Below are positions 26,876 to 38,400 of a DNA stretch of 64,000 nt, one piece after another. The stretch's first letter is position 1. Each line of letters begins with the position of its first letter. Origin of the DNA: Camelus dromedarius (taxonomy: Eukaryota); contig NC_087436.1 of assembly GCF_036321535.1 (NCBI RefSeq), positions 22,260,001 through 22,324,000 on the forward strand, given 5' to 3'. The notes under the pieces were generated by a model. It saw only the letters and a program-made list of their open reading frames with translations, was not told the DNA's origin and ran no database searches. A program made the translations under genes and the position numbers.

Positions 26876-27419
26876 GCCATTTTTGGTGTCTTTATTCTTA
26901 TTAGTTGCATTGATGAGTGGTTTCCTTGTCTGCTGCACTTGGCACCATGTGGATGTTTGAAATCTCATAACATACAACCGAGACTAGCAAAGGTGTTTTA
27001 AATGTACAATAAGAAGATTACTAGCTATTTAAGATTCCAATCAAATGACTGATCCAGGAAAGAGAGATTATTTTTTCCCCCTTCACTATTAAGGTATTGC
27101 TTCTGAACTGTGATTGTTACTTATTATCCCCTGCGGCTCTGGTCCCCTCTCCTGGGGCACTGCTGCCTCTGCTGGATATCTACTGTCTCAAATGGCTTCA
27201 ACAGCCCCACACCTCACAAAGAGCTAAATAAATTAAATGGATTCCACCAGCTTTTGAAATGAAAAGGTAATGTTTTTACATTCCAGAGGGCAGAGTGAAC
27301 CAACTGACTACTGTAAATTAGCATGAGTTTGGTGGGTTTAGACAAGAAGTGGTTAAGGGACTCCAGCACTTTAGAGTGATCTACAAATAAACAGTAAGCT
27401 GTTTATATGTCTGTTACAG

Positions 27420-27574
27420 ATTTGTCGCAAACTAAATGGCATTCGTTTCACCTGTTGTAAAAGTGCCAAAGACAGGACGTCGATGTCGGTGACGCTGGAA
27501 CAGTGCTCCATCTTGAGGGATGAGCACCAGTTACACAAGGACTTCTTCATCCGAGCACTGGACTGTATGAGAAG
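27420..27574 (+). CDS. INPP4B: INPP4B catalytic exon (155 nt): [51 protein letters not shown]
   Basis: TTACAG acceptor ending 27419; CKSAKDRT active-site motif at 27456-27479; donor AAG|GTACCC. Confidence 0.98.
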
Positions 27575-29151
27575 GTACCCCACATATCTTCAACTTTCTT
27601 TCTTTTAAGGTCATTTTAAGGTTTAGGTTTTTTTTTCCCCCCAAAATACATATTTTGCTGGAGGACTAAACATTTAGTAACAACAGTGCATTTCCATGGC
27701 TTAGAGCTCATGACATGAAAGATAAAATAATTTTAAATATTCCCTCTACTTATTACAGGGAATAAAAAAGAATGTGGCCGGATCTTGGTAATCTGCATGT
27801 AGGATAGAGTTCCTTAGCTCATTTAGACCCAGTTAAAGGGCTCTGGTCCTTTTGTTTATAACACTTCAAGGGCACCGTTCATTTACGTGCGTGTAGTTAT
27901 GTATATGCACGAAATAAAACTAAGTCGTTATCCAAACAAAGCAACTATCCAAAAAATTACAGCTAACAAGCAATCTTCCTGTGGGCGTGCAGGGTCTCTG
28001 GGTCACTAACCTCTTTCCTAAAATCGTTCTCACGTCACATCACTCAGACTAAAGATGGGAGGACTCTGATCCTTTAAAACAGGAAATTAATGTCGTTACT
28101 CTGCCGACATTTAACGTGCTACGCCGGAAGTCATGTTTCTTGATTCATTTCCACTGTAATTAAATCTAGTCTGAGCCATAATAGGAAGGAAAGAGTGCCT
28201 CATCCACAACGCCTGTCAGCAAGGACACACGTTAATTAAAAACTTAAGCGAAACGGTCTCTTTGCTGCAGAGACTGACTCAGAAGCATGACAGGATACAC
28301 GGGACAGGCTCCCTGTCCTCAGAAGGGAATGTCATGAGATGCTCCAGAGAGGGCTGCTTCTTATCTGGCATGTCATTAGCTCCCACCTTTCTTTTAACTG
28401 CTGCAGTCCTTCCATGGCGACAGTGACGCTTGCCTGCGCTCCTTCTCCACTGTGTGTTTTCCGCACTAATGAGAAGGTTCTGAAGTCCTCTTTTTCACCT
28501 CATTTCATGTCTCTTGGCGTTTTCATTGTTCGGTCAGTGGAGTTCTATCATAACTTTTCGATCAGTGTCTGAGGATGCCTCCGAGGCCTGACATGAGCAT
28601 CTCAGCCATATGAAACACATTTGCTTGTTATCAAACACTTCTTCGTAATTAATCTCTCAGCACTCACAAGGAAGACTCAGAATCTGAGTATGAAATCCAG
28701 TGTGCATTTAAAAAGTATAAATGCCACTGTGGACAGAACAAAGATGCAGGGTGACAAGGGCAGAAGCACAGGATATTAGAGAGCAGAGACCCTGAGGACT
28801 AAAATGATTCGACCAACATCAAGGACCTGGAAGGTGAAACTGGTACATGTTAATTTAAGCAGGGGTAAGAGAGTTTCCTTGAATGAGCCAGGTAATTCTT
28901 TCAGATTGGTAAATAAAGGGTGTATCTGTCATATACACATTGAACTGTGAAACTACATATTTTGGTATTGCATAAAGGTGGTGTGGAATTGACGTTATAT
29001 GTACAACACATTTGCTGATGACAGAACATTTTTGGGGGTTCATATTTGGATTGTAAAATAAAGTAAGGCACTAGAAATTTAACCCCAAAACTCTAAAACA
29101 CTAAAACCTTAACTTCTGTATCTCCACTACTCTGGTTTTATATATGTATTT

Positions 29152-29268
29152 TATACACACACACACACACACATATATATATATTTTATATATGTGTGTA
29201 AAATATATATATATAAATATATATATTTTATATATATAAATATATATAAAATATATATATTACATATA
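29152..29268. repeat. (CA)n followed by TA-rich low-complexity repeat
   Basis: Directly visible. Confidence 0.9.
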
Positions 29269-29509
29269 CCTTTTTCGGTAAATTTCAAATCTGTCAAACT
29301 TATCCTTTGGTTTTGTGTATATATAAAGGCTGTCTGAGAATGTGAGGGTTTGTGTGTGTGCGCATGCGTGTGTGTATGCATGTGTTTAAGGGAAATATGA
29401 TGTGTTATTTTCTTGAATTCAACTGCTGTCCTTTCCCTCTGTAGGTACTGTCTTACATCACAAGGGCATAGGTTTATACACTCTGGCAACAGGGCAGAGT
29501 AGATGAAAG

Positions 29510-29770
29510 GCTGGGGCCTGGGCATCAGCTGACCTGAGATTGAATCCAGGCTATGTGCCACTTACTAGCCAAGAGGAAGTTAATCTCACCTTGCCTCCTA
29601 GTACCTTAGGCAAGTCAGTCAACCTCTTAGTGCCTCAGTTTCCTTGTGTGTAAACAGATGTGCTAATAATAGTGGCTCTTAGGAATGGTTTGAGGATTAA
29701 ATGAATTGATACGTGTAGAGTGGTTAGAACAATGTTTGAGACACACTAATCACTATACAACATTTGTTAA
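29510..29770 (+). mobile_element. MIR SINE
   Basis: 'ccttaggcaagtcagtcaacctcttagtgcctcagtttccttgtgtgtaaa...tgaggattaaatgaattga'. Confidence 0.8.
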
Positions 29771-30639
29771 AAAAATAAATATCAAAGGTCATGATCTTCC
29801 TGATACAATAAAATCTAGGCAATTATGAGCCTCATAATTTTTGTGGATATATTAGGACACACAGTTTGACTCCAACACCTCATATTAAAATAAAGTCTGC
29901 CGCCGAATCTTGTAAATAAGGTTTCAAATGCAGTGTTTTATCTATTTAAGAAAACAAGCTCTTTAAATAGCACTTTTAAAATGTGTTTACAAATGCTGTG
30001 CTAGTTACGGATGGATTGCATTCATTAAAGTCAGCCTGGATAGGTTTCCTAGAAATGTTTTTATGTTAATGTGTATCCTTGTATACCTGTACAAATAATC
30101 ATAGAATTTGAGATCAAGGAATCAGCTTAGAAATTCAGTCAAACCTGTTTTGCCTTGTTCACTGTATGAATAATGAAGCTGAGCTCCGCAGAGTGTTCTT
30201 ACTCAGAGGCTACTGGAGCTCACGCTAGAACACAGATGCCTTAGTTGTGCTTTAACGTTATTTTCTTTGTACCAGATAAAACAAACTCACTTACAGTTAC
30301 TTCATTATGTATTTGACTACTTCAAATTTGTTAGTTAAAGTATGGTTTGTCATAAAAACCATGTACGTTTAGAAATTTGAGACTGTGTGCAAGACCAGAG
30401 TGGTCTGCCCAAATCCTGAGACCTTGAAGAGCAAACTCTAGTTCGAGAATGAACTCTTTAATTTCAACCATATCTGTCGTGTTCTCCGTTGTAACTGGGC
30501 ACTGAGCACACTGTCTGGTCTAAGCTGAGATAAATATAAATAGTACTTGAATAAATGAAGAATGGTCCAAATAGGAATTCATTCTGCCGCTTTATGCTTT
30601 TCAGAACCGGGGAGCAACTTGCTCATCTTTCTGTAGAAT

Positions 30640-31420
30640 TATGTTTTCAGTTTTGTCCTGAGACAGTAGTTTGGTTCTTACTTTTATGTCTGTCTTGTTT
30701 CCTAGGGTTGCACTTGGGTCTCTGTAGTGTAGTCAGTGATCAGCCAGAAGTTGTGCTCAAACAGCTCAATCCAGTGTGGCTTCCAGCCTCTGCTGATGGA
30801 GCCCTGTGTGGATTGGGGAACATATTTAAAATTCAGGAGTTTTCGTATTTGCCCTGCCTTTTATTTCCACCAGGCCCTGTTAGGTCCTACTGGTCAGCCG
30901 AGGATGTGTGGGAGTTGATCAAAGCCCTCGTGGCTCTGTCATGTCCAGGATCTCATTTCCGGCTGCATTTATGGCTAGTCCACTGGCCTGGGGAGTGGCC
31001 CCCGTGGGAGTGCAATTTTAGACCTGCTGTGAGGTTGGCGGCCATCAGCATTTGTTTGCCTCAAAGGACACTAGTGCTTCTGACAATGCCTAGATGTGAG
31101 ATTTTTCCACTTTCGACTTCAAATGGGGTCAGACCCTCAGGCTGCAAAGTTGCCGGTTTCCATGGCAGCCCCTCCCTGGTAGAGGTTGAACAGAGATAGG
31201 CAGGGGTGGGAGCAGCCCCAGGCAGGAAGACCATAGACTCCCCCTCTTCTTACCCACCAGTCCTCAGTTTTCCAGGAAGAAACTCTTCTCCGTTAGTTGC
31301 TCAACTTTGGCTGGTTACTGGGTTCCTAAAATGATTGGTTTTGACAATGTTTTCCAGTGCCCTAGTTTTTTGGAGAGGAGGAGGATTTGCAAAGCTCTTT
31401 GCTCTGCCATCTGAGAGGAG
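30640..31420 (-). mobile_element. Old L1 5'-end fragment (L1M-type)
   Basis: Ends in 'ttttgacaatgttttccagtg...ggagaggaggaggatttgcaaagctctttgctctgccat', resembling antisense L1M 5' UTR. Confidence 0.55.
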
Positions 31421-31803
31421 GCCCCACCCTCCAGATGGTGACCTTTAAATGCACATCGGAGCTGCTTCTGGGGCATTTAAAAACTATGTATATTTGGACC
31501 CCATGCAGTTTATCCTTGATATCTGAGGGGATCCAGGAATGCAGAATTTTTATAAACTTTACAGATATTCTGGGATATAACCCTGGATTAAAAAAAAGTT
31601 AATGTTTTAGAAGAGTTCAGATTTTATGTTTTAAATGTACATAGATATTTGGAAATAAGCAAGTGAAATTATTGCCCAGTTGTGACATATTTTTAAGCAA
31701 AAGTTCCAGAAGATGAAAATGAAAGTTTTGGAGAGGTTTTGATATAAATTCATAAACAAAGAGGTCACAAAGAATCTACCTTAACTCACAGTCTGAATCT
31801 AAC

Positions 31804-32783
31804 TGTCAATCAAAATTTTAGAAACAGACCTGATTGAAATAAAAAGGTGTTTATTTGGGGCCTGTTTGAGCTGCAGCCTGGGAAACACAGATTCAACAAG
31901 CACTTGAATTGTGTTCCACCAAACTCCAAAATGGGAGAGAGAGTCTTAGAAAGGCAATGTAGACTGGAGAAAAATGCACAACCTAAAAGTTGAGAGTTAT
32001 GTTTTATTCGGTGGACTTTCTGAGGACTTGAGCCCAGGAGGCAGTCTCTTAGAGACTGCTTCAAAGGGGTAGGGGAGGAGCCAGGATATATAGGACTTTT
32101 TGCAACAAAGACCAGGTAGTTGGAACATCAAAAAACTACCCTTAATTAAAGAAAACCAGGTATCCCAAGTTAAGGAATTTAGTGCTTTTCTATGTATGGG
32201 AAGATGCAAGAGTCTGGGCTGATTGAAATCATTCCTTTGATATGCACCTGGCTGTCTAGGGCCAGTATCCTGCTCTTTTCGATCCTGAATTCCCTCAAGG
32301 TGCACCACAGCAGGTGGCAGCAGAGGCTGGGTTGCCTGCTAGTCTCCATTCTAAGTTCCCTCCAGTCCCACAGGGGCAGGGGTAGTGGCTAATGACTTGA
32401 TGGCCACAGCAGCCTTTGTTTACTGATATGGTGGGCAATATTTTTCATTCACAGCAAAAACCACAAGGTAACAGTTCATTGCATGAGTTGTTTATCAAGA
32501 ATTATAATTGGAGCTGGCAAGAAATAAGGGTGCTTGTTAAGAAAAAATTGGTTGGAATCTGAAATGGTTGCATAGTTACAAGGGGAGACCATGAGACCAT
32601 AAGGTAGCAGTTGGCAGAAGTTGTTCTGAACACAGCTAGGGTGTCCTTGGGTCTGGTACAGTCCAAAGAAAGTTCAGGTTCTTAGTGGTGCAGAGATGTG
32701 TCTGAGACCAGGTCCTCAGTGGTCGCCTGACTCCATTTTTGTACGACTGCACCGTGATCGCTCCATTATAATTTAACTAGTCA
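31804..32783 (-). mobile_element. ERV1-type LTR (outer), split by a second LTR
   Basis: Starts TGTCAA at 31804 with an antisense poly(A) signal (tttattt) and resumes after 32453; its right end resembles the LTR piece at 7060-7140; right boundary uncertain. Confidence 0.65.
31958..32453 (-). mobile_element. ERV1 solo LTR, MER41-like cetartiodactyl family
   Basis: TG...CA termini; 4-bp TSD GCAA (31954-31957, 32454-32457); AATAAA and TATA-like motifs on the minus strand. Confidence 0.85.
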
Positions 32784-34969
32784 TCGCACCATTTGTAGAG
32801 TTTTCAAGCATTTTAAACTCTTTCTTTTCCTCTATTCAGTATTATTTACAGCTTCATGCTCCTAACACGTGCCGCTGGTACAATCTGTTTTACTGAAATG
32901 GCACAAGGTCCTCTTCAGATTAGGAAGTTGGCAAGGTGTCTGGGTGGATCTGACTTTGCAAGGAACTCTTAGTGATTGCGTCTGTTCTAAGACCAACACA
33001 GTGATGCTCAAAGAAGTTCTAGGTCCCGCAGACTAGGTTCTGGGATGGAGCCAGAGTTGAGAACCACATAACTAAAATCTGCCTCATATAAACCAGCCAC
33101 CCTGCAGTAATTGGTTTTAGTGGTATTGCAGTAAGACTACAAGCCTGATATGTCTACCTTTCTTTGAGTTTTGAAGTGTATGCATATCACCCAATTCTCC
33201 CTTGATCATGTGTAGCAGACATTTACAAAATGGTGGCTGAATAATGGGTAGATTTTTATTTTTTAAAAAAGAAAGGGAGAATGAAAGCAGTGTCAGCACT
33301 CAATTGTTTCTTACAGAATCACTATTGAATGCTAAGAGCCATCTTCTTCCAGTGCATTTGCAATAAAGCATTTTTAGTGGGGACTTACAAACCTATACTT
33401 GATTAATAGATGATTAAGGTTAGATTTAAAAATACAAAATTTGACTGGATTATAGAATGTTATGTTTTATCAAAAAAATAATTGTATTTGGAAATTCAAT
33501 GGCCACTAAAGGTAAATTAAAAAGAAAAATTCCAGTGCTCTGTAATTTTCCCTTAAGAGGAACTACAGGATTATGTGTGTGTGCCGTGTACCAATCTGAC
33601 ACCATATTGCTAAGTTGCCTGTCTGCAACTTTTATTTTCCTTATGCTACGTTACTCTGCAATCTGTCGTTCTATAATGGCTCTTTAAAATTAAAATAGTT
33701 GCTATGCCATTAGTAAGATTAAGTGGGGTATGTTTCAGCATACAGTCTATTTATCACTCTTAAGATACAGAGTTTTAATCATTCTATTTTAGTAAATATT
33801 TAATTCACAAGAGAGAGATTAAAAGGCCCATCAGCCTTATTGAGTTTTATTATCTTGTTGAATGTCGTATTCTCAGCATGAAATTTATACGTCGGGGAGC
33901 ATAACTTATGAAGTGTTCTGCTTTAGAAATAAGTGACCTTAATCAACTGATGTCAGTATAGATTCTGTTTCTCATGACTTAACGCCTTTGTGGGGTTCAT
34001 TTTGAGTTACATAGTTCATTTGTGTTCGAATGGAAAAATGTCTCCCTTCCTTAGTCTTGTTTCCTACTGTGGCTTTTGTTTGTTTGTCCGTTTTACTTTT
34101 ATTTGATTGTACTAGTTGGAGAAGAGCTCCCATTGTTTCATATTATCCCCTTTCAAATATTAAAGTGAATAATAAGCACTGCAGACACAGGTGATGGAAG
34201 CTCTCGGTTATCTTGTGACTGCTTTAAAGGGATGTGTTTGTGTAGTACAGCACGAGCGGGAACAGCTTCTCTCGTATCACGTAGTGTTCTCTTTCCTTGA
34301 GAATTTCAGTGCTGTGCTTCCTGCATTACTTCAGTTCCCATCCGTGACAAATAACAGTAATCAGCCCCGATGAAGTCACCATCATCTTAGGCTTGCTCAT
34401 AATTACGTGAAAACTGACCCCCCTCCCCTAAAATGCTGTTACTTCAGCTGATGGTAAGGGTTTAAAAGATACTGCAGAGAGCACACTTCTTTAGAAATCA
34501 CGTTGGAGCAAATATCTCTTACCAAGAGATCCACAGATGAACCACCAGAAAAGAACTGCTCTTACTGGAGAAATCAAAGAATGGCCTACAGAACAACTTC
34601 CAACTTCCTGAACAAAGTGTGTGTGCTAATTTTAGGTGACCTTCTTTAAACATTTGTGTGTGACAGATTATTTTGCTACCCAAAAGTAGTGGTTGTGAGA
34701 TCTGTTTCTTTTCCTGAATTTGTTTCGTATTTAATTTTGTTTTCAAGTGCTAGTGACTTGAGACCCTGTGAGTATGGAGCTGGTCATTCAGAGCAGTTAC
34801 CAACTTAGACACATCTTTCCAAATAAGTCACTTCTTTTAATTCTTCAAAGTATTAACTGAGGACCTAGCCATATAAGTGTATGGTATAGATGGGGTATTT
34901 TAAATTTAATTTAATGAAATGAAATATAAACAAATCTAATTTAGATAAGTAGAGTTAACTTCTGCCATA

Positions 34970-35190
34970 AACATGGATTTTGAAAGTCAAGAGGACCTGG
35001 GATTAAATTCTTATTCTAGCAATTATTTTCTGTGCAGCTTTTAAGTTAGTTAATTTCCAGGCTTCAGTTTCCTCATCTGCAAACCAGAGTTAATGAGCTC
35101 TCTCTCTGTCCTGTAGATCTTGTGTCAAATGAGGTCACCTGTTTGGATTCTCTATGCGCAGTGGATATTGGGTGCTCTGCTTAATAAATG
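34970..35190 (+). mobile_element. MIR SINE
   Basis: 'gcttcagtttcctcatctgcaaa...ttaataaatgtta'. Confidence 0.75.
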
Positions 35191-36079
35191 TTACCCTTGC
35201 TCTTGGTTGGGACTTTCCCCATCCCTACCTTTCCTGCTTATCTTTTCCCATCCCATGTTTCTCTAGAACTACTTCTTCTGAGACTCCTGAAATTAAGGAA
35301 TTTCCCTAGTGCTCAAGATCTTAGAAGAAAAGTCCTAGGATTAATACTTGTTTTCTAAAAGGCTTAGACTCCCTCAGTGACAGGGCTGGAAGGTTTGGAT
35401 GTCCTACAGCCCTGCTAATAGCATCAGGGGAATCTAGGAGCGGCTGAGCATGGAATAAGAGGTTAGTGCTCATCAGTGGTCCCCAGACTGCGGTGTCTCA
35501 GCACTCAGCCAGTGCAACTTGTGACTGTCCAACTCTTGAATGGCCACAGACTTCATTAGTGATTTCAGATATCCAGAAGTAACAAGCCAGGACCCTCACC
35601 TCAGGAGATGACCTGGCAAATATATCATTAGCAGAAATATGGCACTGTCATATTCATAGTTAAATGTAGACATTTATTGGGTTTCTACTATGTCAGAGCA
35701 CCATGCTAAACAAAGGGTAAACTTTATAACATAAACTTATGATAATAGCAACTAATAGCCAATGAGGTCTTGTTGTGCACTAAGAATTACATTAAACATT
35801 CTACACGAGGGACCTTTACTAATCCCCATAACGAGAATATGAGATATATGAGGTCACATGCTTAAAACTATTACTATTAGGGTGGATCAGAGGAGAAAAG
35901 GAATCATTGTGGGTTGGGGTAGTCCTGAGGGAGGTAGGATTTGAACTGTGTCTTGAAGATGAGTATAATTTAAGGTAAGTAGTAGGGAAGAGTTAGGAGT
36001 TGGTGGCTGAGAATATGTAAGTGGTTAAGGCTGAGTATTATTTATTAATTCATCACATTTGTTAAGTGTTTGTTTACAA

Positions 36080-36600
36080 ACTGGTCCCATGGTGTGTGTC
36101 ACATTCAGCAACTCATATTGTTCAGCTGACATCATGTTTTTGAGATCTATGTTCATATATAAGATCTAGTTCTCACTTTTTTGATAGCCATATAATATTC
36201 TTCTGTATGAAAAGGCCACACTTTATCTATTCCCCAACTGAATTTTAGGTTGTTTCCAATATTTTGGTACCATAAGCAATAGTGTAATAGACATGTTCAC
36301 ATGTATAAATTTGAAGATACATAAACTTATTGGTCGGGTGGCTAATATTGATATTGTCAACTTTCCTAGATGCTACGAGATTGCCCATCAGGGTAGCTAT
36401 GCTAATTTATATCCCACAGGCCATGCACATGTGCTCCCATTTTTCCACATGCCCCAATGTTTGTACTATAAAAGTTTACCAATTTAATGGGTACAAAGTG
36501 ATATCTTGGTTTAATTTGTATTTTCCCAATGATAAGTGATACTGAATATCTTTGTCAACACTGATTGGCCACCCCAGTTTCCACTTTTGGCAACTGATCT
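36080..36600 (-). mobile_element. Old L1 (L1M/L1ME) 3' fragment
   Basis: 'ttttaggttgtttcca...gctatgctaatttatatcccac...tggtttaatttgtattttcccaatgataagtgatactgaatatcttt'. Confidence 0.75.
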
Positions 36601-38015
36601 TTATTGTCCCATGTACTGAGGGGTTTGCATATAATTATGACTTTTAAAAAGGGTTCCAGCATTTATGAAGCACTGGTTTACTATGTTTAAGTCAAGTTCT
36701 AGAAAAGAGGGGTTCAGAAGTGATAGTCTTTAAAAAATATTTTTATTTGTTTTGTTTCTTTTCTTTAAAAATGAAAGCACAGTGAAACAGGACAGAGGAG
36801 TCTCTTGGGTTTGGAAAGAGAAATACACCGTGTTTTGACAGAAGCCTGTGACATAATCTGAGACTTTTTAGAGCTCCATTTTTGACAAGGGAAGGAAACT
36901 TCCAGCTGAGACACAGACAAAAACCTATAGGCTGTTAGGGAGATGATTGATGCCTTTGCACTTGGAAAAACAAGGTGTAGCAGGAACCAGTCCTAGAAAA
37001 GGCTTGTTCTCATTAAAGAAGTCAGAGGTGCAGGCAACCCAGGCCTGCGTGATAGGTGGAGACCAGGTATGCGAAAACCCAGCAAGTTCATTTATGCGCC
37101 TGGAAGGTTGAGGGGCAAGACGCAAAGAAGTGAGTGGTGTAGCCTCATAGAACATGTTAAACTTGAATGCTGTGTTCAGAGAGAGAATCAACTCAGAATT
37201 AAACACATGGATATGGAACAAATATCACAGTTCTATCCCAGATCGCGTTTGCTTTTAAAGTTTACCACTTTGTTAAGACATTCAGTTTCCACATAATAAT
37301 CTTCCCAAATCTCAGTCATTCATTTAATGACCCAATTTTTTTTTCCACAACTGTCATGTGAACAATCATTCATTTTAACTTTGTTCTGGGCAGGGATATC
37401 CATGAAGTCATACACTTGTTATGTTTGTTATGTTTGTCCTAACACACGTGAGAATAAATCAAAAACTATTAAAATTGTCAGCATACCACGTAAAAATTCT
37501 TGCCTTCATCAAAGTGCTTACTATACTCAGGTAAACACTGTCATTAAAGGGTTTCAACCCTGCTTCTAACCTGAATTCTGGTTGTGGTGCTCCAGTCTCT
37601 AACCCAAGGTAACAAATTGAAAGTCCTACTGGGAGGCCCTAGAGTTTATGGAAAAGCAACCAAAATATTGCAGACTTTCCTCCTGATCAGAAGATCACAG
37701 ATGACAGAGAAGTTCAAATGCCCAAGATGATACACTTATACCTGGGGACAATGGTCTCACGTCCTATAGGCGAAAATATATTGTGCACAATTACACCCCA
37801 TTCTCTTCCATTTAGGGAGCCCATCAGAATTCGTGTGAGTGTGAGCAACATCATTTTAGGGATCAAAAGTAATTTATAAACCATATCATTTCCAAAATTG
37901 GTAGTTTCCCAGTGGTGCTTCTCAAGTATTACAGCATTGTTTCGGGGAGTCACTACCCTGAACCCTCTAAAGGTGAAGCCCTCTCAGGGAGGGCAGGATG
38001 TCATGTGAAATAAGT

Positions 38016-38400
38016 ACAGTCCGCAGCTTAAGATGGTTTGACTTTTAGGATTCGGGGGTTTTTCAATGATGTGAAAGGGATACACATTCAGTAGAAAGTG
38101 TGCTCTGCATTTTGAACTTTGCTCTTTTCCCGGGGCTAGTGACACGCAGTACACAGACTCTCTCGTGCTGCCGGGCAGCGGCAGCCGCGGTTCCATGCCG
38201 CCACGGAATCCTGAGGGGGAACCGCTGACAACCGTTCTGGTTTTCGCGTTCAGTACAGTATTAACTTACGAGAGACAGTCAAGGCTGTGTTATTACATAA
38301 GCTCTGTGTTAGGGGATTTTTGTGCAACTGTAGGTTAGTAAGTGTTCTGAGCAGGTAGTAAATGCATTTTTGACTTATAATATTATGAACTTCAAATGAG
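38016..38400 (-). mobile_element. MER47B/Tigger5-like TcMar-Tigger relic
   Basis: 'cattcagtagaaa...ttcagtacagtatt...caactgtagg...taagtgttctgagca...taaatgcatttttgactta'. Confidence 0.8.

Noticed and set aside
30555..31199. Longest ORF (214 aa)
   Set aside because: Lies largely in a probable antisense L1 5' fragment; the Cys/Leu/Trp-rich translation has no recognisable domain.
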